Shown here one piece after another: positions 11,160 through 24,237 of a DNA stretch of 64,000 nt. Location of the stretch: positions 620,001 to 684,000 of the forward strand of contig CAJFCJ010000023.1 of NCBI GenBank assembly GCA_904063045.1. The letters run 5' to 3'. Within the stretch, counting starts at the first letter, position 1. The number at the start of each line of letters is the position of its first letter. The notes beneath the pieces were generated by a model that ran no database searches, had not been told where the DNA came from, and saw nothing but the letters and a program-made list of their open reading frames with translations. The DNA comes from Dimorphilus gyrociliatus (Eukaryota > Animalia > Annelida). The position numbers and the translations under genes are program-made.

Positions 11160-14100
11160 TCCGCCTCATGAACATTGTTTTCATCCTATTAGAAAAGATA
11201 AAAGAGGGCTTTTAATCCTAAATTTCTTCAGGGAGGCAAATACAGAAGAAGTCTGTTGTGCAGAAAATTTTGCAAACAACGCCCAGACGCATCGAGCCGT
11301 GGCGAACGTGCGCAGCTGACGTAGGTGCGTGACTGGCGCTGTTTGTACTGTTTGTCAGGCGGCGCTTTTGCAAATTGTAGGTTTTTTCCCATTATAAAGT
11401 TCTTAATGGTTTGCAATAAATTGATTAGTTTTAAAAACTTGTTAAAAAATTTCGTTTCTTTTCATTAAAACTGAAAATTTTAATGATTTTCTACTGTCTA
11501 ATAACAAAAGATGGAGTTCTCATTTTCAACATAGGTAGATGGCGCTGATTAAAGAAAACGTGCCAACTATAGAAGCGATAAGGATATAAAAACTTCGACT
11601 AAGCGATTTAGCACGGTTGGCGAAAACTAAGTATAGCTGTTTCCATATTGTTTCTTCTCTTTTACTAATAATCAATAATGACAAAATTTGCGGTTGATTG
11701 GGCAGTGCGTTTGTTTCTTGTATTTCTTGTTGTTTTGCTTCTTCTTCTTCTTCTGCTTTCTGCCACTCGTTCTTTGTTTGTTTTTAAAGGCTAAGAGGGA
11801 AGCGTCTCTTATTCAGTCGTCTGCTTCTTAGACAAGTGGAAACCACTCGTGAATATTTTACGAATATATTGAGTTCACTTTCCATCTCTTACGTAATGAA
11901 AATCTCTTTACTGTCAATTGAATATTAAGCAAATGTGATTGTTTATATTTGAAAGATACTATAGGAAAAGGAAACAGTCTTGCCCACGGGGCTTATGATG
12001 GCATCGAAGCAGAAACTTTAGATAAGATCCCATTAAAAGAACCCATATTTCACAAATGGAAAGTGAAAACAGATAGACGGTCTTCTCAACAAGACTTTTA
12101 CTCGTATAAGGCGTCTAAAAGCGTCGACCTGACTCTAGTAATTATTGATAAGTTTGCTTTTTAAAAAGATGGGAAAGAGCTATATTTATGAAAATTAATT
12201 CTTGGATAGAGAGAAGACTAGTAAAAAGACAGTAAAACACGCGTAATGGATTGTTATTCTCTATTATTAACGCCAATTAGTCTGAATTTCTTAGGAAATC
12301 GACCATCTTAAACTACAATATCCAAACGCCATGCACGTAGTAAAAGAGAAGAGTCTCCAATTCTGTAGCAGGTATTGTTCCCTATTCAAAGATCTACAAG
12401 ACCATCTTTTACTTTTTGCATTTGTTTGTTTGTTGTTTTCTTTTCTCTCCTTCTCTTTTTGTGTCTCACTCCTTCCGCCCGCCTCCCTGCCTCTCTCCTT
12501 CTCACTCTCATTCTCTCTTTCTCCGTTAATTCTCTCCACTGTCTTTCTCTTTCTTTTTCGCTCGCTCAGTCACTCATTCCTTCCTTCCTTCCCGCTTCTC
12601 CCTCCCTTTCTCTCTCTCTCTCTCTCTTTCTCTAACTCTTCCTTTGTTTCTCTCAAAAATAGTTAAACAATTTTGTTTAAAGTTTATTAACGTTGACTCG
12701 AACAACAAAGGCAAAGAGAATATTTTAACTAACCTCTCCAGTATGAAGAAATGATTTTCATCATAAACGAATGAATGCAAAGCTATAAGTAATGATTACA
12801 AAAGGAAGACCGGTACATTACGACACACATGTATCGAATACAAATTAAAGGTTTGAAGAAGCCAACCGTCTTTGTCTTTGTTTTTCTCTCTTATTTTCCT
12901 CCTCTTCTTGTTTTCATTTCACTCTTGTTCATTCATTCTATCAGTCTCTCTTTAACCAACCCTTTCACTTACTCACTCACTCGCTTTCACTCTTTTTGTT
13001 TCTGTTTCTATTTCTCTCCCTCCCTCTCTCTCTCTCTGTGTGTGTGTGTGTTTGCCGGGCCATCCCCTCCCATCTTTTGCTATAGCCTTGTCTCGTCTCA
13101 TGTCGGTTTTTTCCTATTCTATAAACCGAAGGCTGAGTTAGCCGGCAAAACTAATTAATGTAAGTTGGAGAAAAGTAAATTTTCGCCGACCTTATACAAT
13201 AACTCGACAAGCAGCTGCACAAAAATTAATTTGTAGCGGTTGCAAAATGGGAATTTTCCTATCAAAGGAAAACATAGATGAGGCTTTCATGATACATACG
13301 TATGATATATAACGCATATTGTATATTTTGCTCTGAATGCATAGAATGCAATTCTCTTTAAAGGTTTTGCATTTTCTCATTCTAGATGGATGATTTTTGC
13401 TACTCGTTCGGGAGGTGAGAGAAAATGAAAAGGAGAAGGATGGATGAATGGATGAATAGGGTGGTGAGAGAGGAAATGAAAAAGTAAAAATTCATTTCGT
13501 ATCCACTACGCTTATTCATATTTATTTAGATATAATCCTATATAGTAGCACATATCTTTCCCAATGATACAAATAGATTTATGTACATATCTATTGACTA
13601 GTGGAACTATTTCAATAAGAGTATTTTCTACTGCAGGAAAAAAAGACAGTGACCGCTTAAAAGGCGTTAAAAAGACGAAGCGTCACCAACGTAACGCCTC
13701 GGGAAAATGAGCTTGACAGCACACACATGCGTCTGACTTCAATTACAAGCGAACCATATTATACATGTTCTATACCCGATACAGTGTATGACATACGCCC
13801 CCTAATATTCTTAAAAAGCTCCCCCTGATGGCAATCCGGAAGAGGACACTTCATTACGTTACATATTTCAAATAAGACTTTGGTAGTCGGCTTGAATGAA
13901 ATTGTAGAGACAAAATAAAGAGTGTTGTTTTTTATATAAGATAGACATTTTGTATGATTGTGCGAGCGTCTATTTTTCACATGAATATCTTTCATTATCA
14001 GGCGTTACCTTTGGTATTATTTGAAATGAAAATTTTAATGTATATTAATGAATGGCTCGAGGTAAATATCTAAAATAACTCATACGGACACAACAGTGAT

Positions 14101-15733
14101 TTGGGATTTGAGAATTGCTCGTATAAATTTTTTACCATATTTACTGGACGAAATATTGCAGTATTAAATTGAAAAATGACGCTTATTACGTTAGGGCGTT
14201 ATTTTAAGAAAAATAAATAAATACTTTCATTCATTCAGCGGCCCATTCGGCTCGGGATTTATAGACATTATTTTCTGGCGAATAAAAAGATATGTGCACT
14301 TGTGCGCATACTTAATCTATTACGCAACATTTATACTATCTCCATATGTATACTTTTCCTAAATACCTTCTATAAAAGAATACAAAAGGCAACAAAAAGA
14401 GCCATAACAAAAGTTAAATAAATCTATAAGTCTATTCTAGAATTTCAACAAGACAATACAAGTAATACAAAGCTGGATAAATTAGACACAGCTGTTGTCG
14501 ACGTACAAACTTTTACATAGAAATTAAGCTTTGTCTGTTCTGCTTATCATAAAGAATTTATTTTAATATTGTCATTGCTACTACTAGTTGTAGTACTATT
14601 GTTATTATTTATTACCATCATTATCATACAAGTGTTGAAATTGAGATAGCTACGACTATTAATAAGGAAATGATTGCAAACATTTTTTTTCGATATATCT
14701 GCCTCTCTATCTGTCTATGATTTAGCTATAATGACTTTTTTATATACATAATAGTGTGGCACCTCTCGTATCTATAGCATTGCCCCCAACCATTCAAAGG
14801 CACATCATATATAGCCTTCATTAACATTATAGCACAACACTTAGCTGTTTACACCCCTGGGCCAATAAGCCTAGAAATCCATAAAAGAAGTTGCATTTTA
14901 ACAAGAGATGGCAAATTTCCAGCGGTAAATTTCATTACTTGCACTGCATGCCACTTTTTGTAAAGATGGTAAAACTTGAAAAATCTATACCTATGTCTAG
15001 TCTTCCATTCTTTTAAATATCTTTGAAAGTCATAGAAAAGCATCATTCTCTTTTAAATAAATACTCTCTAGCTATTATTATTAATAAAGGAGAAAGGAAC
15101 GGTTCAAGAATTACTTTATACCTATAGGCCTTTAGTAAATATTATATGTGTATTATTTGCTCTAATGGTTGATGATGCCTACAACTCGTCTCCATCTTTA
15201 AACATTCTTACTATTTTCTTTTATCCCTTTTCATTTCTTTTCTTTTTAAACTTTTTATTAATAATCTAATAGTCTTTATCCTTGAGGCACGCGATTCGTA
15301 TGTCCTACCACACTTGTGCATATTCTCTTGCAAATTTCTTTTCGTCTCCTCCCCCTTTCCGCCGAGCTCATCGCTATAATCATCACTAGAACCGGCTCCC
15401 CTGCCCCAACTCCTCTCTTTCTATTTGTCTATCTGTCTCTCTGTCTATCTGTCTATCTGTCTGTCTGTCTATCTGTCTGCCTCTTTCTTTTTCTCTCTTC
15501 CCCTCCCTCTTTCTCCTCCGTCCTCCCTCCTTTTCCTAAATTCCATTTCAATCTAATGAATCTACTGAATAATTCAAATAAAAAATATCAAGCCTGTACC
15601 CATGTTCCTGTTTGGCAGTGTACATCATCTATGTGATGAGGCAGGCCAAAATAACGCGATAAGCTACCAATACTCTTACATTATACATAGAGTATACTGT
15701 TGTGTGCCTATATATATATTTAAGATCCAATAT

Positions 15734-15735
<2 letters not shown>

Positions 15736-15771
<36 letters not shown>
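15736..15771. repeat. (TA)n microsatellite
   Basis: Perfect TA run of about 17 units. Confidence 0.95.
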
Positions 15772-15775
<4 letters not shown>

Positions 15776-16109
15776 CTGTGTGTATCTAGACAGTATAAGC
15801 AGATATACTATATATCATATATATAATATATACAGTATACAATATATATACTAATATATAATGTATATATATATATATATATTAAAAATGTAACTCTGGT
15901 GGGCTAGAGTGCAACTCTTCAACCCGCTTCAAACGTTAGAATTCATTCTATAAACCTTCATTAATATGCTTTAGGTGTTTAGGCCTAATGTCTAATCAGC
16001 AAGAGCACGCCACCTACGGCCGATACGAAAAGATGCCGCCCACGAGGGACGACTCCGACCTATTTTCAATCCGGCCATGCGAGACGGCCGTTACAGCCGA
16101 GTCGATTCC

Positions 16110-16184
16110 ATTACCATGGAAACGACGATGACAGAGGAGTCGTGTGACGTAATCATAGTGACGTCATCGAGGGTGTTTCAGTTT
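16110..16184 (+). promoter_or_regulatory. GC-rich regulatory element: X-box-like site, two CRE sites and an Inr-like TCAGT
   Basis: ATTACCATGGAAAC (RFX X-box-like) at about 16110-16123, TGACGTAA at 16145-16152, TGACGTCA at 16159-16166, TCAGTT at 16178-16183, all inside a local GC-rich island. Confidence 0.4.
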
Positions 16185-19100
16185 GTCGTTTTATTCCCGT
16201 ATAATTTGAATAAGAAAACTCTTACCTGGTAAAAAGTGACTGTAGGAGAGAAAATGATTGGATATTAGTAGGATTTTTTCAGCATTAATACAAAATAAGC
16301 AGTCCAAACACAGGATACAGCTTATCAGGGCGGTCATGCAACGATACACTTGAGATAACGCGCTGTTTCATAGGCCTATTCCAACTGATGGTAGCGCTAC
16401 CTAGATGTGAACTCTATTGTTTATTTGTATTAGAGATGCCATCTATTACCAAAAGTTGTTGGTAAAACGGAAAGAAGTGTGAAAATGATTAAGGGTTGAC
16501 TTGAACAGTTCCTTTCCGGTTCATGTATCATTACATTGTGTTTAAATATATAGAATATGCCATATATAATAATAATACTAATAATATTATAGTTGTAGGC
16601 GATATTTCCATTGGTAAGAGAAGAAAAAGTAAATTATAATGAAAACTAAGCAAATTTTACGTTAAACTAAAGAATATACTTTTTATCGCTTTTCGATGAA
16701 GCATATGCTGCAAATTTGTACAATTTGTTCAAGTATTTCGATTAATTATCCTCATTTCAACCGATTATAGCGTTTCTTTTCTTTTTTTTTTGCATAGAAA
16801 CACTTGCCTCTCCCCTCCCCCCTCCACCCACTTGTCCTACTCTCTCTTCCTCCCTCGCTTTCTCTCTCTAATCAATAATGAAAAATAGGCATAAATTGAA
16901 ATATTATACTAATTGTTTCATTTTATTAAATTACATTCAGTTGCTAACAAACCTATCTTTACATTTTCTATCCTTTCATTCTTCCTCTCCACAGTTCACA
17001 TTTGCTCTCCATCCTTGGCAACAGCAAAAAATCCTGTTTATTCAAGAGTTATGGTATTTTTAATCAGCTGTCCACCCTTATAACTTTTAAAATAACCTTT
17101 CACAGGGGTAATGAATAGAGAGAGAGAGAGGCAAAAGTTACACTTGAAAATATGAAAAAATTATAGACAAATGGTGTTATTTCAGTAGGACTATCGAGAA
17201 ATATCTATACTAACTAATTAGATATGTTTTGTCAAGCAACGGTATCAGCTTAAATAGCGAATTTTATTAAATAACAACACATTGAAGAAGGGGATAATTA
17301 AGAGTCTTTTTTACTAATCGTCAACTGGAAGACTAGAATGGAATATAAAGGTAAAAAACATACAGTTTTATACATAGATGTACTTGAAATAGGCTTCTAT
17401 TCGCATTTCCAAAAAAGAAAGGTAAAAAAATATCATCGAATTATTGAATTGTATATTTATAGATACTATGTTTACATAAAAAGTATATACCTACACACAC
17501 ACAAATATATACAGTATATATATATATATATAGGTTTATACTGGCTCTATACAGTATATAGGTTGGCGTTATGTACGACATATTCTATACAACGGAAAAG
17601 TTTTTGGTCTAAATAGAATTCTAAAACGTAAATTGCATTAAAAAAGGAAATATATGATTTATTTATGAACTGTATGCCATACATATATAATAGTTTTTTT
17701 CTTTACTTTTAAACGTCAACGACCGCTGCTAATAAAGCTATAACTAACATTAAAAACTATCATCTCTCCCTACCCAAACACTATACTTTGTATATTTTTT
17801 CAATTGTACAATCATTCGCTCTCTTTTCCCCTGTAACAACTAAATGACAACCATCAGCTATTTATTTATTCTTGACTAGTAAAATATACTGTAATATCCT
17901 ACTTTATATATACTGTATATAAACAAATACCTCAATCATAACCTGTTAAATACAGAACGTCTATCCGTTTTCTTTGACAACCGTGTCATTTATGTCATAT
18001 CTTTTATAATCGTCATTACTCTGACCGTCTTATAACTTATGGTTCATTTGTTGTCTTAAAAAAGAAATGTAAAGAAAACAGTAGACGATTCTCTTTTTGC
18101 GTCTTTTTACTCAACACCAAATCGGTCAGATTTTCCCTGCTTTATACCATTTTTATTAAGAATTGTCGATTACTATTATAAATAAAACAAACGTAATTTC
18201 CTTATATAAACTACTGTAATTATTGTGTAAAAATCTTAATGGCATTCCATAAAAAGGCTATTCAATCGATTCAAATAAGTCTTTTCAAATTTATTGTCAA
18301 TTAATTAATTGTGTAAGTAATACATTACCTTTTTTCGCCGCCGGTTGTTAGTAGACAATTCTTCTCTATTAATGGAACAAACAACTATTCATCTTTCTTT
18401 TGTTTTATAACCATATTAAATCAATTTTAATTGCAATTTCATTTCAAACTATTATTCAAACTAATAACAAAAATTGATAGCAAAAAAAGACTGCAATTTT
18501 CCAGTTCTGATAATATTATTAATATTATTATTAAGGACGTTGCCACTGTTATCATTGCCACTGCTGTTGTTGATAATCATCATGATGGTGATGCTACCGA
18601 TGCTTGTTCGTTTGTTGTTTCCTATGGTGTTTTCAAAAGAAAACAAGAGAAATTAGGTAGTCGTCACCTAATGGTCAAGCCCTTTCGAAGTTGTATATAC
18701 AGTATACGACTACAATTTTTCGGTGCATTTGTTTATCGACTCTGTTGTACTAGCATCTGTTAGCGTTTTTTAGAATTGCAGTTCAGCGTAAAAATATCAC
18801 CATCTATAGTCCCAAATCCAATAAAAAATAGCTTTCATAGCACAAATTTTTTAATTGATAAATGATTAAATAAATATATGGAATATACTCAAACCAATCG
18901 TGTAATATACTAATATTTCAGGGGGTTTTTCTCGCTCTTCGTGTCCATTCTCTCTCTCCCTCTTTCTCTTCTAAATGCTATGTAGTAATCGACTAACTCC
19001 GACCTAATAATGTCACTAATTAATACATTGAAAACTGGGTCAAAAAAACCGAGTTAATACTGACCCTGATAGCATCTAAAAGTGTATTTTTCAGATAAGA

Positions 19101-20514
19101 ATGAACCACTTTTTAGGGCTGTTTTTTTCCCTTCGAAATTAGACTATTTCCCTCAATTTTCCAACTTTTTTATTCCTAATCACATTTAATGGGGAGAGAA
19201 AGAAAATGCAAAAAATCATACAAGTTAAAAAAACAGACAGGTCTGACCTTGAAATTTGAACAAATGACCATGTCATTTTCACACCATACAACCAACTACA
19301 TGTTAATAGTTATACTCATTGTACTGTATATTGGGTTCCAAGAACAATCAACCATTTCAGCCATATTTAATAGATTTTCTATTCTTATATGATATAACGA
19401 TTCAGGTTAATTACAATTCTACTTTCCAGGAGAAACTTGCATAAATTAACTCTGGGAATAATAATTAACGCCCATTTCAATTTGTTCTATTAGCTACCTT
19501 ATTTGAATACTGATGGAGAATCTCAATGTCAAAGAGAATGTCATAAAAACTGTAGGTTTTACATTCCCTATTAGCTCTTCTCTCCGCCTTTCACTCGGAT
19601 ATAAAGAGAAATATTCCTATTTCAATCGGCACAAAATGATAATAAATTCTCCTCCAGCTAAAGGCTAGTCTTATTATTTTTATAGTTTATAGTGCAATTA
19701 GTGACCTTGTTGGGGTAAAAAGGACTCGACTAGTTGGTCATCTGTGAATAATTACTCGAGCAGGAAATAATTTAAGAGTCTAAAAGTATTAGTTAATTTT
19801 CTGCAGGCGAGAACGTATTTACTAATAGACCAGCGGATAGTGGATATCGGATGGCGGAGAGAGAATAAGGAAACTTTCAAAGACTTAGCAGACCTTATTA
19901 AAGTTTCCCCGCAATTTATTCAATCAATCAAGCACTTAACGTACAAAGTTTCCTTTGTCGTAATAGTGTCTTTGAAACTGGTACGTTAATTATTCAATTA
20001 GTTAAAAATCAATAAATGGCTAACCATATACGTGCATGTAGATTTTTTTTCGTAAAAAACCGGAAATTACTTATTGACCGATCATGAAGAGAAGGTTTAC
20101 GAAACCGGTAAAGCGTATTACTAAACGTTAGCTAATGGAAAAGTATAATAATAATAATAATTAATAAAAATTTTATAATCAAATTAATTATCATTTTCCA
20201 ATTAAAGGAAAAACGAGAAAAGAGATCATCATTTTTCATTAAAAAGTGTATTGTTCTTCGTCTGTAATTAATATTAAAAAGAAACAAAAGCTGTTATTAT
20301 GATATAAACAAGATAAATAAACAAACAAACAGGGGCAGGGATCGGGTAAAAGAAGATTAAAAGGGCGAATTACCAACTTTTACCCTTTTCTTTCTCCCTG
20401 TTCATTCTTTAATTGGCGAATAATTAATTAGTCGAAAGAATTGAAATTTTTTTCTATCATAAAATGAATGAAAAAGTAATAAAATCTATCCTCTGGGTGT
20501 GTCTGTCCGTCTCA

Positions 20515-20546
<32 letters not shown>

Positions 20547-20606
20547 TCTTTTTAAGAGGCTAACGTTAACTATACAGAAAAAATTTTATTAAGAGATTTT
20601 AACAGT

Positions 20607-21304
20607 CTATTTAGAACGTGGTAACATATTCAGAAAGTGAGGTAGTTCAACGTGAAGTGGACGAATCCATGGGAGAAAACTTGGATTGTTTCGTGGAAGC
20701 AAAAATGGATGTTGCAAGAAAGGCGATAGAGGTCGTTGAAGTCGAAAGTCAGAATTACCCAGTGGTAGACCTCTTTCTTGTTTCCTGTACTTAGCGCGGC
20801 GATTTTGAAACCAGACCTGTATAATTTCCATAGTTGAAAACAATTTTAAAATCCGATTACATCATAGGCATTCAATTACGTAACAAATCGGATTAATCGC
20901 CTTTTTTGAGTGTGTTAACGAGCCAATTACACGCGTCCTTCTCAGTTGGGCCACCCGTCGTTTTTTACAATGAAAATATCATAATTAGTCGTTTACAAAC
21001 AAGCTCATTAGATTTGGATATTTTACGGTCGATTTAACAACAGGATTTGTGGTCTGTAATTAAATTTCGAAGGGCAGGTGACGTTCATTCGTTTAGCCTT
21101 ACTATTTTCTACGCAAATGTTTCTATTCAATTGCAAAAGCTTTGAATATTTCCACGAAAAGTAAAAATTAAGCAGAGACGTAAAAAAGCTAGAGTGAATA
21201 ATCCCATGTTCTTTAAGTAGTTTAAAACTTAAGAGGAGAAAGAAGAAGAAGAAGAAGAAGAAGAAAAAAACTGAATACTAATAAAAGGCGATTGATTGAT
21301 TATA

Positions 21305-21355
<51 letters not shown>

Positions 21356-21700
21356 AAGGGAAAAAAATGAAATAGAAATTTCGTACAATTCAAAAAAGTT
21401 CTCTCTTACCTGTACTCTCGCTTCCGTTAATCTTACTCTATCGGCAATTTCTTCTCGAAGTGTACAATCGGGATAATGAGTTGTTTGAAAGACTCTTTCC
21501 AACTGTTCAATTTGATCGGCTGTAAAAGTAGTTCTATTTCTTCTCTGCTTTTTATTCGTATTGAATATTTCACTGTCAAAGTCAATTTTCGACTTGAGAT
21601 CCTCTTCATCGTTAACCTTTACGCTCTCTTTTTCCTTTTCGAAAAAGATTTTCGGCTCAAAATCATCAACAACGTCAATCTCTTCATCGGAAGAGTCCAT
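20607..21700 (-). CDS. PRD-class (paired-like) Q50 homeobox protein, Prrx/Arx/Shox-related, 2 exons, 166 aa
   Basis: Exon 1 21700-21410 encodes [48 protein letters not shown]; exon 2 20816-20607 encodes [15 protein letters not shown]. The intron lies at the canonical PRD-class position (homeodomain 46/47), GT-AG, phase 0. The subfamily is closest to Prrx by eye but unresolved. Confidence 0.93.
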
Positions 21701-21816
21701 CTTAAGAGATTTCTTTTCTTTATATGTTGCGAGACATTCTTCAGATACAAATACAGATACAAGTGACTGATTTTGAAACTAATCTCTTTAAACGACGGGA
21801 GGTCCGATCACATGAC

Positions 21817-21900
21817 CTTTTTATAGGGTTACGATTGGTTGGTGGAGAGGAAACTTTGACGTCTTGTTACGAATGTTGGATTGAATAGGTAATTGGCGGT
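21817..21900 (-). promoter_or_regulatory. TATA-containing promoter of the homeobox gene
   Basis: TATAAAAAG on the minus strand at 21825-21817, CCAAT at about 21838-21834 and a TGACGT half-CRE at about 21858, about 120 nt upstream of the ATG. Confidence 0.55.
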
Positions 21901-22689
21901 TGTCGGATGAATTATAAAATAGCGTGAACATAAAACTGTGAATTTTTTCTATTCGTATTTTCTCAATCGGGAGTTTTTTTTTTTTAAAAAAAAACTTTAT
22001 TTCTGTTTTTTCATTTTATTATTTTTTCCTTTTAATCTTGAAATCATTTCAACATAAAAGTAATTGAATGAATGAATGAACGAATGCATGAACGAAGTAA
22101 CCAATTAACGATCGAGTAAATTTGATTATTAATAAATAAATATTTAAATTTAAATGCTATATATATTGTTACTTTTTTAATCAGCCTTAGACTTAATTTG
22201 GGATTAAATTAAGAATTATCTCATTGTAGATAATTAGCTACAAATCTATGGATTATGAATCTAATAACGTGTGTAAATTTTCAATCCTCTGTTATATAAA
22301 TTCATAAATATATGTTTGAAAAATTCTATAGAAATCTCTCTTCTGTCTCTCTTCTAAGACGATTTAAAAAATTGTAATTGCTTCTTCAGTCTTTTATTCG
22401 TAATTTGTAGCTGTCAAGACGATAATATCCAGAATTGAGATTAAGAATAAAAAGTCTAAATAAACTCATTATTTACTTTTTCTTGATATTATTATTAGTA
22501 TTCTTGTTGAAGAGAAGAGAAGAGAAAAGATTAGATTAAGCATGTAATCCAACTGAATCTATTTAATCATTTGGCAAACGAGTAAACGACTAATCTGAAA
22601 AGAAAAAGTTAGCTTTTCAAGAGAGGAGTGAGGGGAGAGGAGGAGAGGGAGAGAGGGGAAAGGGACGAAGGAAAGGAGAGAAACGATAG

Positions 22690-22765
22690 AAACGAAAGAA
22701 ACGAACGAACGAACGACTGAATGAATGAATGAACGAACGAATGAATGAATGAATGAATGAATAAA
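22690..22765. repeat. (GAAT/GAAC)n tetranucleotide repeat
   Basis: Runs of gaac and gaat units. Confidence 0.85.
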
Positions 22766-24237
22766 TAAAGAGATAAAGAAGAAAAAAGTCATAAAATTAA
22801 ATAATTTTTTTTCCTATTAAAAATAAGAATTTATTAGAAAAGTTTTTGAATAGAAAATAATTCGAATAGAATATCATTAAAATTTATTTCTTATTCTTTC
22901 TGTGCAACCTAAAAAAAACAACGTCGGTAGTTCTTTGAACAAAGTAAAAGCTTATAGGTCCGTCGGTTCCGTTTAAGAGAGGTTGATCTACTAAACACTC
23001 TCCCTAGCTTTTGCCTTACCTATGTAACAATTGTTCAAAATACTTTTAACTGTCGTATTTTATTACCATTAATATTAAAATTGAAAATAGCCAATTTATT
23101 GAGTGTAGTATCATTTTCCTTTTCTTTCGCCTCCTCCTCCTCTTCTTCTTCTTCTTCTTCTTCTTCTTCCTTCACCTCCTCCACATCATCATCCCTACCA
23201 TAAATATGTTTTGACTGTTTTTATTGTTCAAGTACAAATCCTTTCTCTCAAATTAATCCTAATCACGTAACTAATGTATTTACTATATTGATTCTATTAC
23301 TTTTCCATTGTAATTACTTTAACTCTTTTTTTGTTAATTCATTTAAACCCTAACTGACTAAACCCTCCCAATCCCACCCACTAATTTCTTCTATTAAACT
23401 GTTCATTCTTATTTATTCCTGTCTTTATTTCTTTACAGGGGCATTTGCGTCGATCTTTCTTTTATTGCTCGAATTTTCTCTATATTGTAATATAAACACA
23501 CTATTAACTTGAATATCTTGTTTTTACTCCCTCTTCTCTCTCCTCCTTTTCCTTCCCGCCCTCCTAACCCTAAACCCAACCCTTTTCTCTTTTTTTCTAA
23601 CTTTTTACCGTCTTGGTTATCCGATATAATTCTTTTTCAATAGACTTTTTTTCTTAAGAATCAAAGGTAAAACCTCGCTGCGTTTTTTTCTCTTTTTATA
23701 TTCCGACGTTTTCTTTCTTTTTTAATTTTGTTGTTTCTTTCATTATGATAGGAAAATTTTTTTTCTAGGTCAATTTCTTACATACTGTATAGTTTGCAGA
23801 TGGGATTCGTACTTTCGACGGCAGATGGCGTAGCGCGCAAATAGTTTTCCCAGTTTTTGTCAGTTGAAAGGAATATTCCGTCAAACCATCCGTTCATCTG
23901 AGACACAAATCAGAAGTTGCAATAATAATCATGGTGATGTAAATAGTTGTGCATTTAACAAATAATCAAATGGTAAAAGCTACTATAGTCTACCATATTC
24001 AAGAAAATATATCAGCTGAAAAAAGAAGAGAAAGACAGAGAGGGAGTGACCAAAGGACGAAGAGGTTAAAATCGAGACAGCCCTGCAAAATCTATTAAAG
24101 CCAACGTTTTCATCACAACAAGACAAAATATAGATAAAAGATTATTTAATTAACTACCTGCTCATCAATTAGATTGACCAAAATTTCAATGCAACAAACT
24201 CTATGACGATATGACAAAAGAGACTTGAATAATTCAG

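Noticed and set aside
17326-17336. TGGAAGACTAG, identical to the first 11 nt of miR-7
   Set aside because: The match stops after 11 nt and no precursor hairpin is visible.
23970-24098. 42-aa uORF upstream of the SLC35A4-like CDS, recalling the vertebrate SLC35A4 uORF protein
   Set aside because: No resemblance to the roughly 100-aa TM-containing vertebrate uORF product, and it may lie in a 5'UTR intron (acceptor CAG directly before ATG 24238).
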